From assembly GCA_031411295.1 (NCBI GenBank), contig JANOAV010000202.1:56814-120813 (forward strand): a stretch of DNA of 64,000 nucleotides. Reading direction: 5' to 3'. The DNA comes from Verrucomicrobiales bacterium (GTDB lineage: Bacteria; Verrucomicrobiota; Verrucomicrobiia; Verrucomicrobiales; V1-33). Positions within the stretch are counted from its first letter, which is position 1. The number at the start of each line of letters is the position of its first letter. A program made the translations under genes and the position numbers. Positions 9,773-20,459 of this stretch are shown here, one piece after another. The notes below the pieces were generated by a model, which was given only the letters and a program-made list of their open reading frames with translations, did no database searches and was not told the origin of the DNA.

Positions 9773-10561
9773 ATGCCCCACGTTCTGACTCGTGCCATCC
9801 TTCTCAGCTGCTGCTCGCTCGTTGCTTCGTGCGCCACGTCTGACCCGCTGAAAACTTCTGCCAGCACCACGCAATACTACATTCCCGTGGATCGTGCCCC
9901 TCCGCTGCGTGCGCTGCCCAAAGAGCTGAACTGTCCTATCGTCAGCCGTCGGGACTGCATCCTCACCGCCGTAAGTTATCTGCAGCACCAATGGACCCCT
10001 TCAGAAAAAAACGTCTTCCACGGCAAGGATGCCCAAGGCATTCAAGTGGACACCCCGGACGTCAAGTTCCGCCCCCCTGGCACCTTTCCGGGTTGGTGGG
10101 TGCCTGGACTCGTGAATCGCAGTATTCCCTATCAATGGGGCGGGTTCTCCACGCCGGAGGAATTCGATGCGGGAATCGCAGCAGGGAAGGCCGCCGGAGA
10201 CATCTTCACCCCAGAGAAACGCGCCAAACTGGACGATGCCGTCAGCCACCAAGCAGTAGGGATTGATTGCTCCGGCTTCATTTCCCGCTGCTGGCATCTA
10301 CCACGATCCTTTTCCACCCGCGAGCTGCCCCTCCTCTGCGAACCGCTCGAAAGCTTCGACGACCTCCAACCGGGCGATATCGTCAACACTCACAACGCCC
10401 ACGTCGTCCTCTTCGATGCGTGGTATGATTCCGCTCGTTCCTATTTCGTTTGCTATGAAACGGGCAGTCCGCCCACTTGGAAAGTCCAGCGTCATGCTCT
10501 CCGCACCGCCCAAATGAAGGAACTCGGTTACAAACCCTTCCGTTATCGCAACATCCGTTAG
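9773..10561 (+). CDS. NlpC/P60-like lipoprotein (papain-like cell wall hydrolase fold)
   Basis: Lipobox VASC; PYQWGG..GIDCSGFISRCW..LQPGD..HVVLF. Confidence 0.75.
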   Translation: MPHVLTRAILLSCCSLVASCATSDPLKTSASTTQYYIPVDRAPPLRALPKELNCPIVSRRDCILTAVSYLQHQWTPSEKNVFHGKDAQGIQVDTPDVKFRPPGTFPGWWVPGLVNRSIPYQWGGFSTPEEFDAGIAAGKAAGDIFTPEKRAKLDDAVSHQAVGIDCSGFISRCWHLPRSFSTRELPLLCEPLESFDDLQPGDIVNTHNAHVVLFDAWYDSARSYFVCYETGSPPTWKVQRHALRTAQMKELGYKPFRYRNIR

Positions 10562-10577
10562 TTCCCTCCGCCCCTCC

Positions 10578-11258
10578 ATGCTCCCTCCCATCCCCCTGCT
10601 GCGCGCCCTGATCTTCGACTTTGACGGTCTGATGGTGGACACCGAAACCGCCATTTACCATTCGTGGAAGGAAATCTATGCAGCCCATGGCCAGGAATTA
10701 CCTCTCCCCACCTACGTCCAATGCGTCGGCAGCCATGGATCACACTATGAGCCCCTAGCAGAACTTGAAACATTGACCGGCACGCCGCTCAATCGGGATG
10801 AACTCATGGCGTGGCAAAGTCAGCGCAATCGGGAACTGCACAACGGCTTGGATACCCGCCCCGGCATCCGTGAAGTCCTGACCGAAGCCCGACAGTTAAA
10901 CATTCCCTGTGCCGTCGCCTCCAGCTCCAACGCCTTGTGGGTTCATGGCTGGCTGGATAAATTACATCTGCGCTCCTACTTTGCTGAAGTGATCACCCGG
11001 GACGATGTTGTCCGCGCCAAACCAGCTCCAGATCTTTTCCTGCTGGCGCTGCAAAAATTGGGTCTTCCCGGCACGGATGCATTGGTGTTGGAGGATTCCG
11101 CCAACGGACTCATTGCCGCCGAAGCCGCCGGCATCCCCTGCGTCATCATCCCTAACGAAGTGACCACAGGCCTCGATTTCACCGCCGCCAGGGCGGTCTT
11201 GCCAACCCTGCATGAAGTGACCATCACTGAGTTATCCCGCCTCGCCCTCCGTGTTTAA
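10578..11258 (+). CDS. HAD-superfamily hydrolase (subfamily IA)
   Basis: FDFDGLMVDTE, KPAPDLF, EDSANG. Confidence 0.9.
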   Translation: MLPPIPLLRALIFDFDGLMVDTETAIYHSWKEIYAAHGQELPLPTYVQCVGSHGSHYEPLAELETLTGTPLNRDELMAWQSQRNRELHNGLDTRPGIREVLTEARQLNIPCAVASSSNALWVHGWLDKLHLRSYFAEVITRDDVVRAKPAPDLFLLALQKLGLPGTDALVLEDSANGLIAAEAAGIPCVIIPNEVTTGLDFTAARAVLPTLHEVTITELSRLALRV

Positions 11259-11276
11259 CCCCAAGCTGGGAGACTC

Positions 11277-11759
11277 CTATCTGGTCCATTGACGAGGTCG
11301 ACCTCGTTTCAGTTCCTCAATTTCAAAGGCACTCTGAATCCAATTAACCTGCGGCGGTTGGTCCGCCCGCAGATCCACTTCCGCGATATCGCAACGCCAA
11401 GCAATCTCTGGATAGCGCAGCAGCCGCAGCCAAGCGTTCACCCCTCGGGAAATGAGCCTCCGTTTCTTCAAATCCACCGCTGCCGCCGGACGGCCAAAAT
11501 CATCCCGCGTGCGCGCCTTCACCTCCACGAACGCCAGGATGTGACCGTGCCGCACCACGATATCGATTTCCCCTCCTCCGGGCGGGCGGTAGTTCCGATA
11601 GAGCACTTTCCCTCCATGAGCATAAATATAGCGGGCCGCCACCTGTTCCCCCAATTCCCCAATCTCAGCCGTGCTCATCCCCACCCCGCCGCGAGCCAAC
11701 ACCGTCGGAGCGTTCAGTAACCGACTATATTTTCTAACAAAATAACGCAGCAAATTCAT
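11277..11759 (-). CDS. yraN: YraN family (UPF0102) nuclease-like protein
   Basis: GELGEQVA..RNYR..GEIDIV..FVEVKAR. Confidence 0.88.
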   Translation of the reverse strand: MNLLRYFVRKYSRLLNAPTVLARGGVGMSTAEIGELGEQVAARYIYAHGGKVLYRNYRPPGGGEIDIVVRHGHILAFVEVKARTRDDFGRPAAAVDLKKRRLISRGVNAWLRLLRYPEIAWRCDIAEVDLRADQPPQVNWIQSAFEIEELKRGRPRQWTR

Positions 11760-11783
11760 AAAGTCATCTTGGAAGCCGCCCGC

Positions 11784-12869
11784 TCACGGATAGCGCACCC
11801 GCAGCACCCGGTTATTATAAGTATCAGCCACATACAGCCATCCCTGCTGAATGCGCGCCCCATGAGGCCGACGCAGCTGAGTTTCCGCGCCCGTCCCGCC
11901 AACTGCATTCCCTGCCAGTCCGGGCCTTCCCACCAGCAATTCCACCTTGCCCTCCTTCGGCAGCCAACGCCGCACGACATGATTTTCCGTGTCACAAATG
12001 ATGACATTCCCCTGCGTATCCTGACAGAGGAATTTCGGTCCATTCAATTGCACCTCCAACGGTGTGGGCCCGGCACGATAACCCGGCTTGCCACCGCCGT
12101 TGAGAATGGTGTGCAATTTCCCCCCGCTGGACTGCACCAACGAATTCCCCTCACGCAACACCACCCAAGTCGCACTCCCATCCCCGGTCGTTGCCCGCGG
12201 ACCATTGAGGGGCGTTTGCAACGGCCCGGCCCCTTCATGCACGTTCCCTTTCTGGCCATTACCCACGGCATCATACACCTTACCGTCTCGTTCATCGTAA
12301 ATTCTCACGCGTTGATTCGCCAAATCCGTGATCCAAAATTGTCCCGCCTGGAGCGCGGCAGAAATACAAATGGGCAAATTAAGCTGGGCCGCAGAGGCCC
12401 GCTGACCGTTGCCATTGTATCCCGGCTTCCCTGTCCCTACCACCGTGGAAACTTGCCCCGTCTTGAGATCAACTTTCCGAATCCGATGATTAAACGTGTC
12501 CGCCACCAGCAGAGCTTGCTCCCCATCCGTAAAACAAAGATCATGCATGCCATGAAAACGCGCCTGCGCCCCTGGGCCATCTGCCACCTCCGGTAACAAC
12601 TCCTTTTCATTGGTGGCTGCCTTCACTCCGGCAATAAACGCCACCTGTCCGTCCACCGTTCTTTGGAAGATGCGATTCGACTTCGTGAACTCCACGCCAT
12701 ACATCGTTCCTGCTTGATTAAAGACCACGCTAAATGGCTCCGAGATCACTCCCGCTGCCAGCACGACCTCCACTTGATGATTTGAAGCGGGTTCTTGTGC
12801 CGACATGGGCACGAGTGCGCTGGCGCAGAGTAAGAGGTGCGCAAGGAAGGTTGGAACAGGTGATTTCAT
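11784..12869 (-). CDS. Secreted NHL-repeat beta-propeller protein
   Basis: Signal peptide; repeated VADTFNHRIRK / ICDTENHVVR / VADTYNNRV. Confidence 0.85.
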   Translation of the reverse strand: MKSPVPTFLAHLLLCASALVPMSAQEPASNHQVEVVLAAGVISEPFSVVFNQAGTMYGVEFTKSNRIFQRTVDGQVAFIAGVKAATNEKELLPEVADGPGAQARFHGMHDLCFTDGEQALLVADTFNHRIRKVDLKTGQVSTVVGTGKPGYNGNGQRASAAQLNLPICISAALQAGQFWITDLANQRVRIYDERDGKVYDAVGNGQKGNVHEGAGPLQTPLNGPRATTGDGSATWVVLREGNSLVQSSGGKLHTILNGGGKPGYRAGPTPLEVQLNGPKFLCQDTQGNVIICDTENHVVRRWLPKEGKVELLVGRPGLAGNAVGGTGAETQLRRPHGARIQQGWLYVADTYNNRVLRVRYP

Positions 12870-12935
12870 TGATGAGAAGCGGTGGCTACCGGGAGAGGGC
12901 CATCATGCCCGAGCGGGTTGATTTCGTCAATCTAG

Positions 12936-12963
12936 TTGACACCACCCTCATTACACCTAATTT
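12936..12963 (+). promoter_or_regulatory. Putative sigma70 promoter for tRNA-Cys and rbfA
   Basis: TTGACA, 16-bp spacer, TAATTT upstream of the tRNA. Confidence 0.4.
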
Positions 12964-12996
12964 CCCACCCTTCTCACAAAGCACCGATAAAACCAT

Positions 12997-13071
12997 GGCG
13001 GGGTAGCAAAGTGGTAATGCACTGGTCTGCAAAACCGGTATGCGCGGGTTCGATTCCCGCCCCCGCCTCCA
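12997..13071 (+). tRNA. tRNA-Cys (GCA)
   Basis: Cloverleaf GGCGGGG..CCCCGCC, anticodon loop CTGCAAA, GGTTCGATTCC, U73, encoded CCA. Confidence 0.97.
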
Positions 13072-13150
13072 TTTCTCTTGATGGTTCCTGCATTCAGTTC
13101 GGCTCGCGGTTGCTTCGTCCCTCCCCCCCTTTCTCACCCCTCCGCACCTT

Positions 13151-13543
13151 ATGAAAAATCGCCTCCCCCGAGTCAATGAACTCATTCAACGCGAACTCGG
13201 CACCATCATCCAACGGGATTTCGAATTCCCGGGCGTGTTGGTAACCATCAATGACGTGGAAATTACGCCGGACTTGAAACATTGCGCGGTCTATATCGGC
13301 GTGTTGGGCAACGCCCTCCAGGCCGAGGAAATTCTGGAAAAGCTCATGGCCAAGCGCTCGCACCTGCAGAAACGCCTCATGGGTCGCATCACCTTAAAAT
13401 TCACCCCGCACCTGTCTTTTAAATTGGATAACAGCATTGAACGCGGCGTGCGCATCACCACCATCATGGAGACCATCGATCAGGAAATCGGTCCCGACGC
13501 TTGGAAAACGCTACCTCCAGAGGCCCTTAATCCCGAACCTTAA
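13151..13543 (+). CDS. rbfA: 30S ribosome-binding factor A
   Basis: [36 protein letters not shown]. Confidence 0.93.
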   Translation: MKNRLPRVNELIQRELGTIIQRDFEFPGVLVTINDVEITPDLKHCAVYIGVLGNALQAEEILEKLMAKRSHLQKRLMGRITLKFTPHLSFKLDNSIERGVRITTIMETIDQEIGPDAWKTLPPEALNPEP

Positions 13544-15450
13544 ATCTTCGGCATCTCAATGAACCCTTCAAGGTGCCGGATCCGGGTTGGATGTCGCATC
13601 TTGCGCAGCGCCTTGGCCTCGATCTGACGGATGCGCTCACGGGTCACTTGGAATTGTTTTCCCACCTCCTCGAGTGTGCGGCTATGCCCGTCGATGAGGC
13701 CAAACCGTTGCTCCAGCACTTGGCGCTCGCGCTCACTGAGCGTGTCCAGCACTCCCTTGATTTTATCCTTCAGAATGTTGAAGCCCGTCATTTCCATCGG
13801 ATTTTCCGCAGACTTATCCTCGATGAAATCACCGAAACTAGAATCGTCCCCCTCGCCCACCGGGCTTTGCAGACTGATCGGCTGCTGCGCCATTTTCAGC
13901 ACCGCTGAGACCCGCTCCACCGGGAGGTGAATTTCATCCGCGATCTCCTCGGGACTTGGCTCGCGACCATACTCCTGCACCAACTGCTTCTGCACCCGCA
14001 TGAGCTTATTGATCGTCTCAATCATGTGCACCGGAATCCGAATCGTGCGCGCCTGATCCGCAATGCTGCGCGTGATCGCTTGCCGAATCCACCAAGTGGC
14101 ATAGGTGCTGAATTTATAACCCCTCCGATATTCAAATTTCTCCACCGCCTTCATCAAGCCCATGTTTCCCTCCTGGATCAAATCCAGGAAATTAAGACCT
14201 CTGTTAGTGTATTTTTTGGCAATCGAAATCACCAACCGCAAATTGGCTTCCACCATTTCATTCTTAGCCGCCCGCGCTGCTTTCAACGCTTTCGCGATGT
14301 CCGCGTGCGCTTGCATAAACTCTGCTTCGGTGAGCCAGATGTCCCGCTCCATGCGTGTCCGTTCCGCCACCGAAGCCACATCCGACCGTCCTTTGAGTGC
14401 GCTCAGTCGCTGATGGTATTCATCAACCACGGGCTGGAATTCCTCGAACGGACGATACTTAAAGGCATACTTTCCATAGGTCTTCAAGACCGCTTGCTGG
14501 GCTTTGGTGAATTCCAAGCGCATCGCCTCACGGCGGTTCGCCTGCTTCAGATCCAGAAATTTATTGTAAGCATCCTGCGCAGCCGCCGCCTGTTCGTCCA
14601 GGGTGCGATTGAGCTTCGTCAGGGATTTCACGTAGCGCTCCCGGTTCTCCAATGATTTCTCCTGCACCACGCGATCACAACGCTCCTGACCATCAATGAT
14701 CTTCTGTGCCAGCACGGTGTAGAGCGTGTTAGCGAATCCAAAACGATTAATGATGTTCTGGGCTTGAGTTTCCGCCTCCTCGATCCGCTTGGAAATATCC
14801 ACTTCCTGCTCGCGTGTGAGCAACGGCACCTGTCCCATTTGCTTAAGATACATCCGCACCGGATCATCGAATGATTCCAATTTGGAATCCGACAACGGGC
14901 GATCCATCGAAATTTTCGACGCGCGGGCCGGGACGTTAGCCGCTGGCGAGGGTTTCGCCAACCGATCCACTTCCGAAGCATCCGTAATCTCAAAATCCAT
15001 CCCCCGAAGCCGGAGGATGATTTCCTCCATCGTGTCCGGAGAAATGTAACCGTCCGGCAAGGCATCATTTAGATCATCGTAGGTAATGTGCCCCTGCTCC
15101 TTGGCCAGTCGCACCAGATCCCGCAACTTGCTCTGCACCTCTGGAGACTCCACTGTAAAGATTTCGCCCTTAAACGGCACGTTGACGGCAGAACGCTTGG
15201 GCGCTGGAGGAACTGGATCGGCAGGATCTTTGCGAGGGCGCCCCCGTCCGCGTTTGATCGGATCGGGAGCTACAGCAGAGGCGCCAACTCCGTTAGAGGG
15301 TTTAGGAGGAGACATGGGGGATTGGGGAGATTGCTTCGCAACCTCGCCCTGCTTCGCCTTGGGAGCAACTTTTTTCTGCGCGGCACTCGCCTTGAACGGA
15401 AGTGCTGGAACGGCGCTGGCGCGCTTAGGGGTGGCAGGTTTACGGGCCAT
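13540..15450 (-). CDS. rpoD: RNA polymerase primary sigma factor RpoD with Lys/Pro/Ala-rich N-terminal extension
   Basis: [75 protein letters not shown]. Confidence 0.97.
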   Translation of the reverse strand: MARKPATPKRASAVPALPFKASAAQKKVAPKAKQGEVAKQSPQSPMSPPKPSNGVGASAVAPDPIKRGRGRPRKDPADPVPPAPKRSAVNVPFKGEIFTVESPEVQSKLRDLVRLAKEQGHITYDDLNDALPDGYISPDTMEEIILRLRGMDFEITDASEVDRLAKPSPAANVPARASKISMDRPLSDSKLESFDDPVRMYLKQMGQVPLLTREQEVDISKRIEEAETQAQNIINRFGFANTLYTVLAQKIIDGQERCDRVVQEKSLENRERYVKSLTKLNRTLDEQAAAAQDAYNKFLDLKQANRREAMRLEFTKAQQAVLKTYGKYAFKYRPFEEFQPVVDEYHQRLSALKGRSDVASVAERTRMERDIWLTEAEFMQAHADIAKALKAARAAKNEMVEANLRLVISIAKKYTNRGLNFLDLIQEGNMGLMKAVEKFEYRRGYKFSTYATWWIRQAITRSIADQARTIRIPVHMIETINKLMRVQKQLVQEYGREPSPEEIADEIHLPVERVSAVLKMAQQPISLQSPVGEGDDSSFGDFIEDKSAENPMEMTGFNILKDKIKGVLDTLSERERQVLEQRFGLIDGHSRTLEEVGKQFQVTRERIRQIEAKALRKMRHPTRIRHLEGFIEMPKI

Positions 15451-15601
15451 GGGAAAAAGAGAACAGAATGGGGAGTGACTACTGTTGGAAAGATTACCGG
15501 GCCGCGTGGTCGTCGCTAGCTGTCGTGAGACACCCATGGACAGATTTTTCGTGCGGTCAACCTCTTCGCGCTAAGGACGTTGTCTAATTTGCGCGCCCGC
15601 T

Positions 15602-17530
15602 TCACGAGTCATACGACAGTTTCGGAAGCCTTTTTTCCAAATCTGTTTCTTCCCGTCTCAGGCGCTGCAATTCTTGCATCGCTAAAGTTATCCTCGCCAA
15701 ATCAGGATTGGGCCCCCGCAACTGCTGGGCCACTAACTGCTGTTGGCGGCGGTTGTTGTCATATTGCAGCCGATAAAAAGAACCCTGGGCGGCCGTAAAA
15801 TCGTCCATTTTAGGAGCCCGCTCGTTCAATAACCGACTTACCATTGCTGCCTGCGTAACGTCCAGCGAACCCAGGAACTGGTTCAGCGCCACCGCATCGT
15901 TCGGCACGAAAGTCACTCCCAGCAACCGATCTATCAAATCCCCGCCCAGATACCCTCGCCACGGAACCTCCCCACTCGAGGCCTGCTCGTGCAAGAAACT
16001 CAACGTTTCCTCATCCGTCAGCGCCAAGCGTAACAAGTGACGCAACGCCAAGTTCGGAATCTGCGGAGCATCACCATCAAAGACCATCGCAGACTCAGGT
16101 TTAACCGCATTCGGTGCCGCCGGAGTCTCTGCCGCAGCCGATTGCCCTCCAGGTGACTTGTCACTGCGTTTGGCCGCTTCCCGTTGATTCTGCGCGTCCC
16201 GACGCTTCTTCGTTTGTTCCCGTGCGATCAACAATCGCAGATCCTCCGTAGGAATATTCATCCGCGTGGCACAACGCCCAATCGCATTGTCCTGCACGAT
16301 CTTGTCGCTCAACAGCACCAAATTTTCCGCCAACTCCCCCGCCAGACGAGATTTCTCCAAATCCTTGCCCGGCAGCAACGCCTCCGCTCTCAAGTTCATT
16401 TGAAATTCAAAGAAATCCGTAGCCGATTCCAAATAAGCTCGGAAAGCCTCCGCTCCCTTCGTCCGCACAAACGAGTCTGGATCCTCCCCTGGTGGCAACG
16501 ACGCCACCTTAATGAACATCCCCTCCGGAGCCATCAACTGAAAACAACGTCTTGCTGCTTTGTAGCCTGCATTGTCCGCATCAAAACACAGAATCACCTG
16601 CTTGGCCGCCCGCTGCAACATCCGCGCATGGTGCTCAGTAAAAGCCGTGCCTAGCGCAGCCACCACATTTTCCACCCCATGCTCGAACAATGTTATCAGA
16701 TCAATCTGCCCCTCGCAGATAATCGCGCAATCAGCCTTGGAAACTGGGCGCCTCGTTTTATCCCAACCGAAGAAAACCTGACTCTTATTAAAAATGGACG
16801 TCTCCGGAGAGTTGATATATTTCCCGCCCTTCTGCTCAGGGTCCAACACCCGACCACTAAAAGCGATCACATCCCCATGGTCATTGCGCACCGGAAACAT
16901 CACCCGGTGCCGAAACCGCATATAACATCCCTGCTTGGGATCCCCCTCCACTCGCCAGAAAAACAACCCAGACTCCACCAAGACCTCATCCTTATAGCCC
17001 TTACTGCGAGCCCATTCCTTCCACAAACCAATGTTATCCGGGGCATACCCAATCAACCAACTGCGCGCCACCTCGCTGCTCAGTCCGCGTTTCTTCATGT
17101 AGTCACGAGCTGCCGTCGGACCATCACCACCTTGTTTCAGCAGCAACTGATGCATCCATTTGGCCGCGTCATTGTGCACCTTAATCAGCGTCCCCTTAAT
17201 CCGATGCTGTGCCTCCACCTCCGGGCTCCGCGCCTCCTCCACCAGCACAATATTCGCCCGCCGCGCCAACATCTGCACCGCCTCCACGAACGGCAGATTC
17301 AGATGCTCCCGCACAAAAGAAATCGCATCCCCACCCTTGCCGCAACCGAAACAATGAAAACTCTGCTTGGACTGAGTCACATTGAAAGAAGGCGTCCGCT
17401 CATTATGAAACGGACACAGCCCCAGATGGTTCGTCCCCGCCTTCCGCAGCGTCACATATTGCCCAATGAGATCCACAATGTCCGTGGCAGCCAGGACTTG
17501 GCGGAGAGATTCATCGGTGATGGAGGACAT
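15602..17530 (-). CDS. dnaG: DNA primase
   Basis: CPFH..FHCFGC zinc finger, KYINSPET, TOPRIM EGQID and DADNAG; upstream of rpoD. Confidence 0.97.
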   Translation of the reverse strand: MSSITDESLRQVLAATDIVDLIGQYVTLRKAGTNHLGLCPFHNERTPSFNVTQSKQSFHCFGCGKGGDAISFVREHLNLPFVEAVQMLARRANIVLVEEARSPEVEAQHRIKGTLIKVHNDAAKWMHQLLLKQGGDGPTAARDYMKKRGLSSEVARSWLIGYAPDNIGLWKEWARSKGYKDEVLVESGLFFWRVEGDPKQGCYMRFRHRVMFPVRNDHGDVIAFSGRVLDPEQKGGKYINSPETSIFNKSQVFFGWDKTRRPVSKADCAIICEGQIDLITLFEHGVENVVAALGTAFTEHHARMLQRAAKQVILCFDADNAGYKAARRCFQLMAPEGMFIKVASLPPGEDPDSFVRTKGAEAFRAYLESATDFFEFQMNLRAEALLPGKDLEKSRLAGELAENLVLLSDKIVQDNAIGRCATRMNIPTEDLRLLIAREQTKKRRDAQNQREAAKRSDKSPGGQSAAAETPAAPNAVKPESAMVFDGDAPQIPNLALRHLLRLALTDEETLSFLHEQASSGEVPWRGYLGGDLIDRLLGVTFVPNDAVALNQFLGSLDVTQAAMVSRLLNERAPKMDDFTAAQGSFYRLQYDNNRRQQQLVAQQLRGPNPDLARITLAMQELQRLRREETDLEKRLPKLSYDS

Positions 17531-17708
17531 GGGAGGAGGCAAAAAAGCAGCAAAAAGGCAACTTCCCCACCCTCCACACAAAATCCCACCCCGCAACCCC
17601 TCGCAATTCACAGCCACCGTGCAAACCTGCAAACCTATTAGGGACAGTGTTTATTAAGTTGACGGCCGGGAGATCGTTCTTTAAATAGGCTGAGTTGCTT
17701 CACCCTCC

Positions 17709-18668
17709 ATGCGCCGTTGCCGTCTTAAAATAGTTCACCAATCTGCCTGCTACCATGTCGTCTGCCGGATCACCCAAGGCCAGTCTTGGTTGCGCGAGCG
17801 CGATAAGATCGCATTTAGCTCACTGCTGCAGCGGGTTGCCCCTTACTGCGGTGTGGAGGTGCTGACTTACTGCGTAATGAGTGATCATTTTCACCTCCTG
17901 GTCCGCATTCCTCACAAGGCGGTGGCTGATGCAGCGATTGATGGAGTGGAGTTAAGCCGCAGGATTGGTCTGCTTTATAAGAGTGATGAGGCAGCGCGTG
18001 TGCGGAGCTTATGGGACGAACGGTCTCTTCCTGCGATCAAACACCTCTGGGAGGCTGAGTTGAAAATGCATTTGGCACGGATGCACGATCTCTCGGTTTT
18101 CATGCAGTTCCTCAAACAACGCTTTACTACGGGGCACAACCGCACCCGCGGAACCAAGGGCACGATCTGGACGGAGCGATTCAAGAGCGTGCTGGTCGAG
18201 GAGCGTTCTGGGGAGCGAAATCCACTGCAAATTGTGGGCGCGTATATTGATTTGAATCCAGTGCGCGCTGGGGTGGTGGCGGAGGCGAAAGACTATCCGC
18301 ACTCGGGTTTGGGGAGCGCTTGTATGGGAGATCCCATTTCCCAAAAAGGGTTGGCGACTTTGAGTGGCACTAACGGGTGGGGCGCAGCCAGGGTTTGGTT
18401 TGAACAATTTGTGGCAGGAAAATCCTCCGCTAACTCAACAGGGCGTGCCTCAAAATCTGCCGCCCCCGACTCGGGCGCGGATCTTGGCACCACCCTAAGC
18501 AAACGTCAGGTGTCACTCGTAAAAGCGTTTGTGGTGGGCTCGGCCAAGTTCGTCATGGAAATCATGATAGGGATGGCGGAAATCCGTGCCAGCGCCCGAC
18601 CGCAAGCCTATGCCAGTGGCGGTTTCGGGGTCGATCTTTGGGTGGGTGGACGATTTCGCAAAAATTAA
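17709..18668 (+). mobile_element. REP-associated tyrosine transposase-like protein (HUH/Y1, IS200-like)
   Basis: YHVVCR, YCVMSDHFHLLV (HUH), GTIWTERFKS, YIDLNPVRAG (catalytic Tyr); no tnpB or terminal inverted repeats seen. Confidence 0.85.
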
Positions 18669-18687
18669 GCCGATCTCCTAACTTGAA

Positions 18688-19191
18688 CTACTTCTGCGCA
18701 TCGGGTTGCACTGGCAAGGATATTTCCAGACCGGCAAAGCGATCCTCCAAGCTGGTGCGGTTGCTCAAATGACACTTCAGACAGGCGTTCTGCAACGCGA
18801 TGGCACCGACGAAACGGAATCTCCCCTGCTCGACGGTGTCCACCATCTTGCTTCCTGCCATGATGGTCTTGAGCGCTTGCTCCTCGAAAGCGTCGGTTGC
18901 CTTGCTATCTACGTTCATCACGGTTTCGGCAGAGGCCAACCATCGGATGGTAATGCCCTGCGCCTCAGCCATGGCTTTGAAAACGTCCTTCAACGATTCT
19001 GACGGGATGGCTTTCGATTCGCCCTTCCGGAAGAAATCACGATGCATGATCCGGAGGACCCCATCGAAAGCCGCATGCAATATTTGCGCCCGTGCCCGCG
19101 CCTCGCTAACGGTTGGCAGGATCGTGGGATCAGCCAGCAAGCGACCAGGAGTGACGAGGCACGATAGGAATAGCAGTAAAGAAAGTTTCAT
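18688..19191 (-). CDS. DUF3365/Tll0287-like c-type heme protein
   Basis: Signal peptide; DAFEEQAL; CLKCH heme motif near the C-terminus. Confidence 0.75.
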   Translation of the reverse strand: MKLSLLLFLSCLVTPGRLLADPTILPTVSEARARAQILHAAFDGVLRIMHRDFFRKGESKAIPSESLKDVFKAMAEAQGITIRWLASAETVMNVDSKATDAFEEQALKTIMAGSKMVDTVEQGRFRFVGAIALQNACLKCHLSNRTSLEDRFAGLEISLPVQPDAQK

Positions 19192-19333
19192 GGGAATGAC
19201 ACGTCCGATCCTAACCCTCGCCTGCCAGGTTGTCGAGGGGACAGGCGATGTTCCATCAGCACATAGATGTGGCCCCAGCGAGCCATCCAATTTACCTTCT
19301 TTCCTTTCGCAAATTCCGCGCCACGTTGGCTGG

Positions 19334-20452
19334 ATGATTGAATCCGCTTCTGAACCCTCTGCCCCCATCCCTGCTTCTGTTCGTGATGCCAGCACCCTGC
19401 TGGGCCTCACGCCGGAGGAGGCATTGACCGTGGTGCAGGAATGGGGGGAGCCAAAGTATCGGGCTCAGCAGATCATTCAATGGATCTATGAACGTCGCGT
19501 TACTGCGGTAGCCAACATGACGAATCTGAGCCGGGGCTTGCGTGAAAAATTGACGGAATGGAAGCCGTTGCGCACGATGCAAATCGCCCAAGTTCAGGGG
19601 GCGCAGGACGCCACGCAGAAGTTTCTCTTTCGGCTGCAGGACCGTCGCTATGTGGAGAGTGTATTCATTCGCGCCAATGTGACTGATGATGGCGAGCGCG
19701 CAGATCGTCGGACGCTGTGTGTTTCCAGTCAGGTGGGATGTGCCTATGATTGTAAATTCTGCGCGAGCGGCCTCGCAGGATTCACGAGAAATCTGCGAGC
19801 GGATGAGATCATCGAGCAAGTGATGCAGGTGGAGGCGCACAGCGGACAGCGCGTGGACAACATGGTGTTCATGGGCATGGGGGAACCGTTGGCTAACCTG
19901 ACGAACTTGCTCAAGGCGTTGACCATTCTTCAGGCTCCCTGGGGCATTGGCATTGGGGCTCGTCACATGACCGTCTCCACCAGTGGCTTGGCTCCGCAGA
20001 TCAAGAAACTGGCAGATGCGCCTGTGCCCGTGCGCTTGGCCATCAGCCTGCATGGGGCCACTGACGCGGTGCGCAGCCAGATCATGCCGGTGAACGATAA
20101 GTATCCACTCGATGTCCTGTTTGAGGCGCTGACTTATTTCAAGGAGCGGCGGAAACAAAAAATCAGCTTCGAATACATTTTGATTGAGGGCGTAAACGAC
20201 GGCTTGGAGCAGGCCCGGGTGCTGGCGCGCAGGGCGCGGGGACTGTCAGCGAAGATCAATTTGATTCCGTATAATACCGTGGAAGGACTGCCGTGGAAGC
20301 GCCCCGAAGTAGCGCAGCAACAAGCCTTCTGTGACGTGCTGAACAACGCCGGAATTACGGCCACCATCCGCCATGAGAAGGGGCACGACATTGACGCAGC
20401 CTGCGGCCAGCTTCGTTTGCGTCAGGAGCAAGCAGATGGCACTGTCAGTTAG
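19334..20452 (+). CDS. rlmN: Dual-specificity RNA methyltransferase RlmN (radical SAM)
   Basis: CVSSQVGCAYDCKFC, MGMGEP, AACGQL. Confidence 0.95.
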   Translation: MIESASEPSAPIPASVRDASTLLGLTPEEALTVVQEWGEPKYRAQQIIQWIYERRVTAVANMTNLSRGLREKLTEWKPLRTMQIAQVQGAQDATQKFLFRLQDRRYVESVFIRANVTDDGERADRRTLCVSSQVGCAYDCKFCASGLAGFTRNLRADEIIEQVMQVEAHSGQRVDNMVFMGMGEPLANLTNLLKALTILQAPWGIGIGARHMTVSTSGLAPQIKKLADAPVPVRLAISLHGATDAVRSQIMPVNDKYPLDVLFEALTYFKERRKQKISFEYILIEGVNDGLEQARVLARRARGLSAKINLIPYNTVEGLPWKRPEVAQQQAFCDVLNNAGITATIRHEKGHDIDAACGQLRLRQEQADGTVS

Positions 20453-20459
20453 GGTAACC

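Noticed and set aside
18800..19333. N-terminal extension of RlmN (550-aa ORF)
   Set aside because: Antisense to the DUF3365 gene; RlmN similarity starts near 19334
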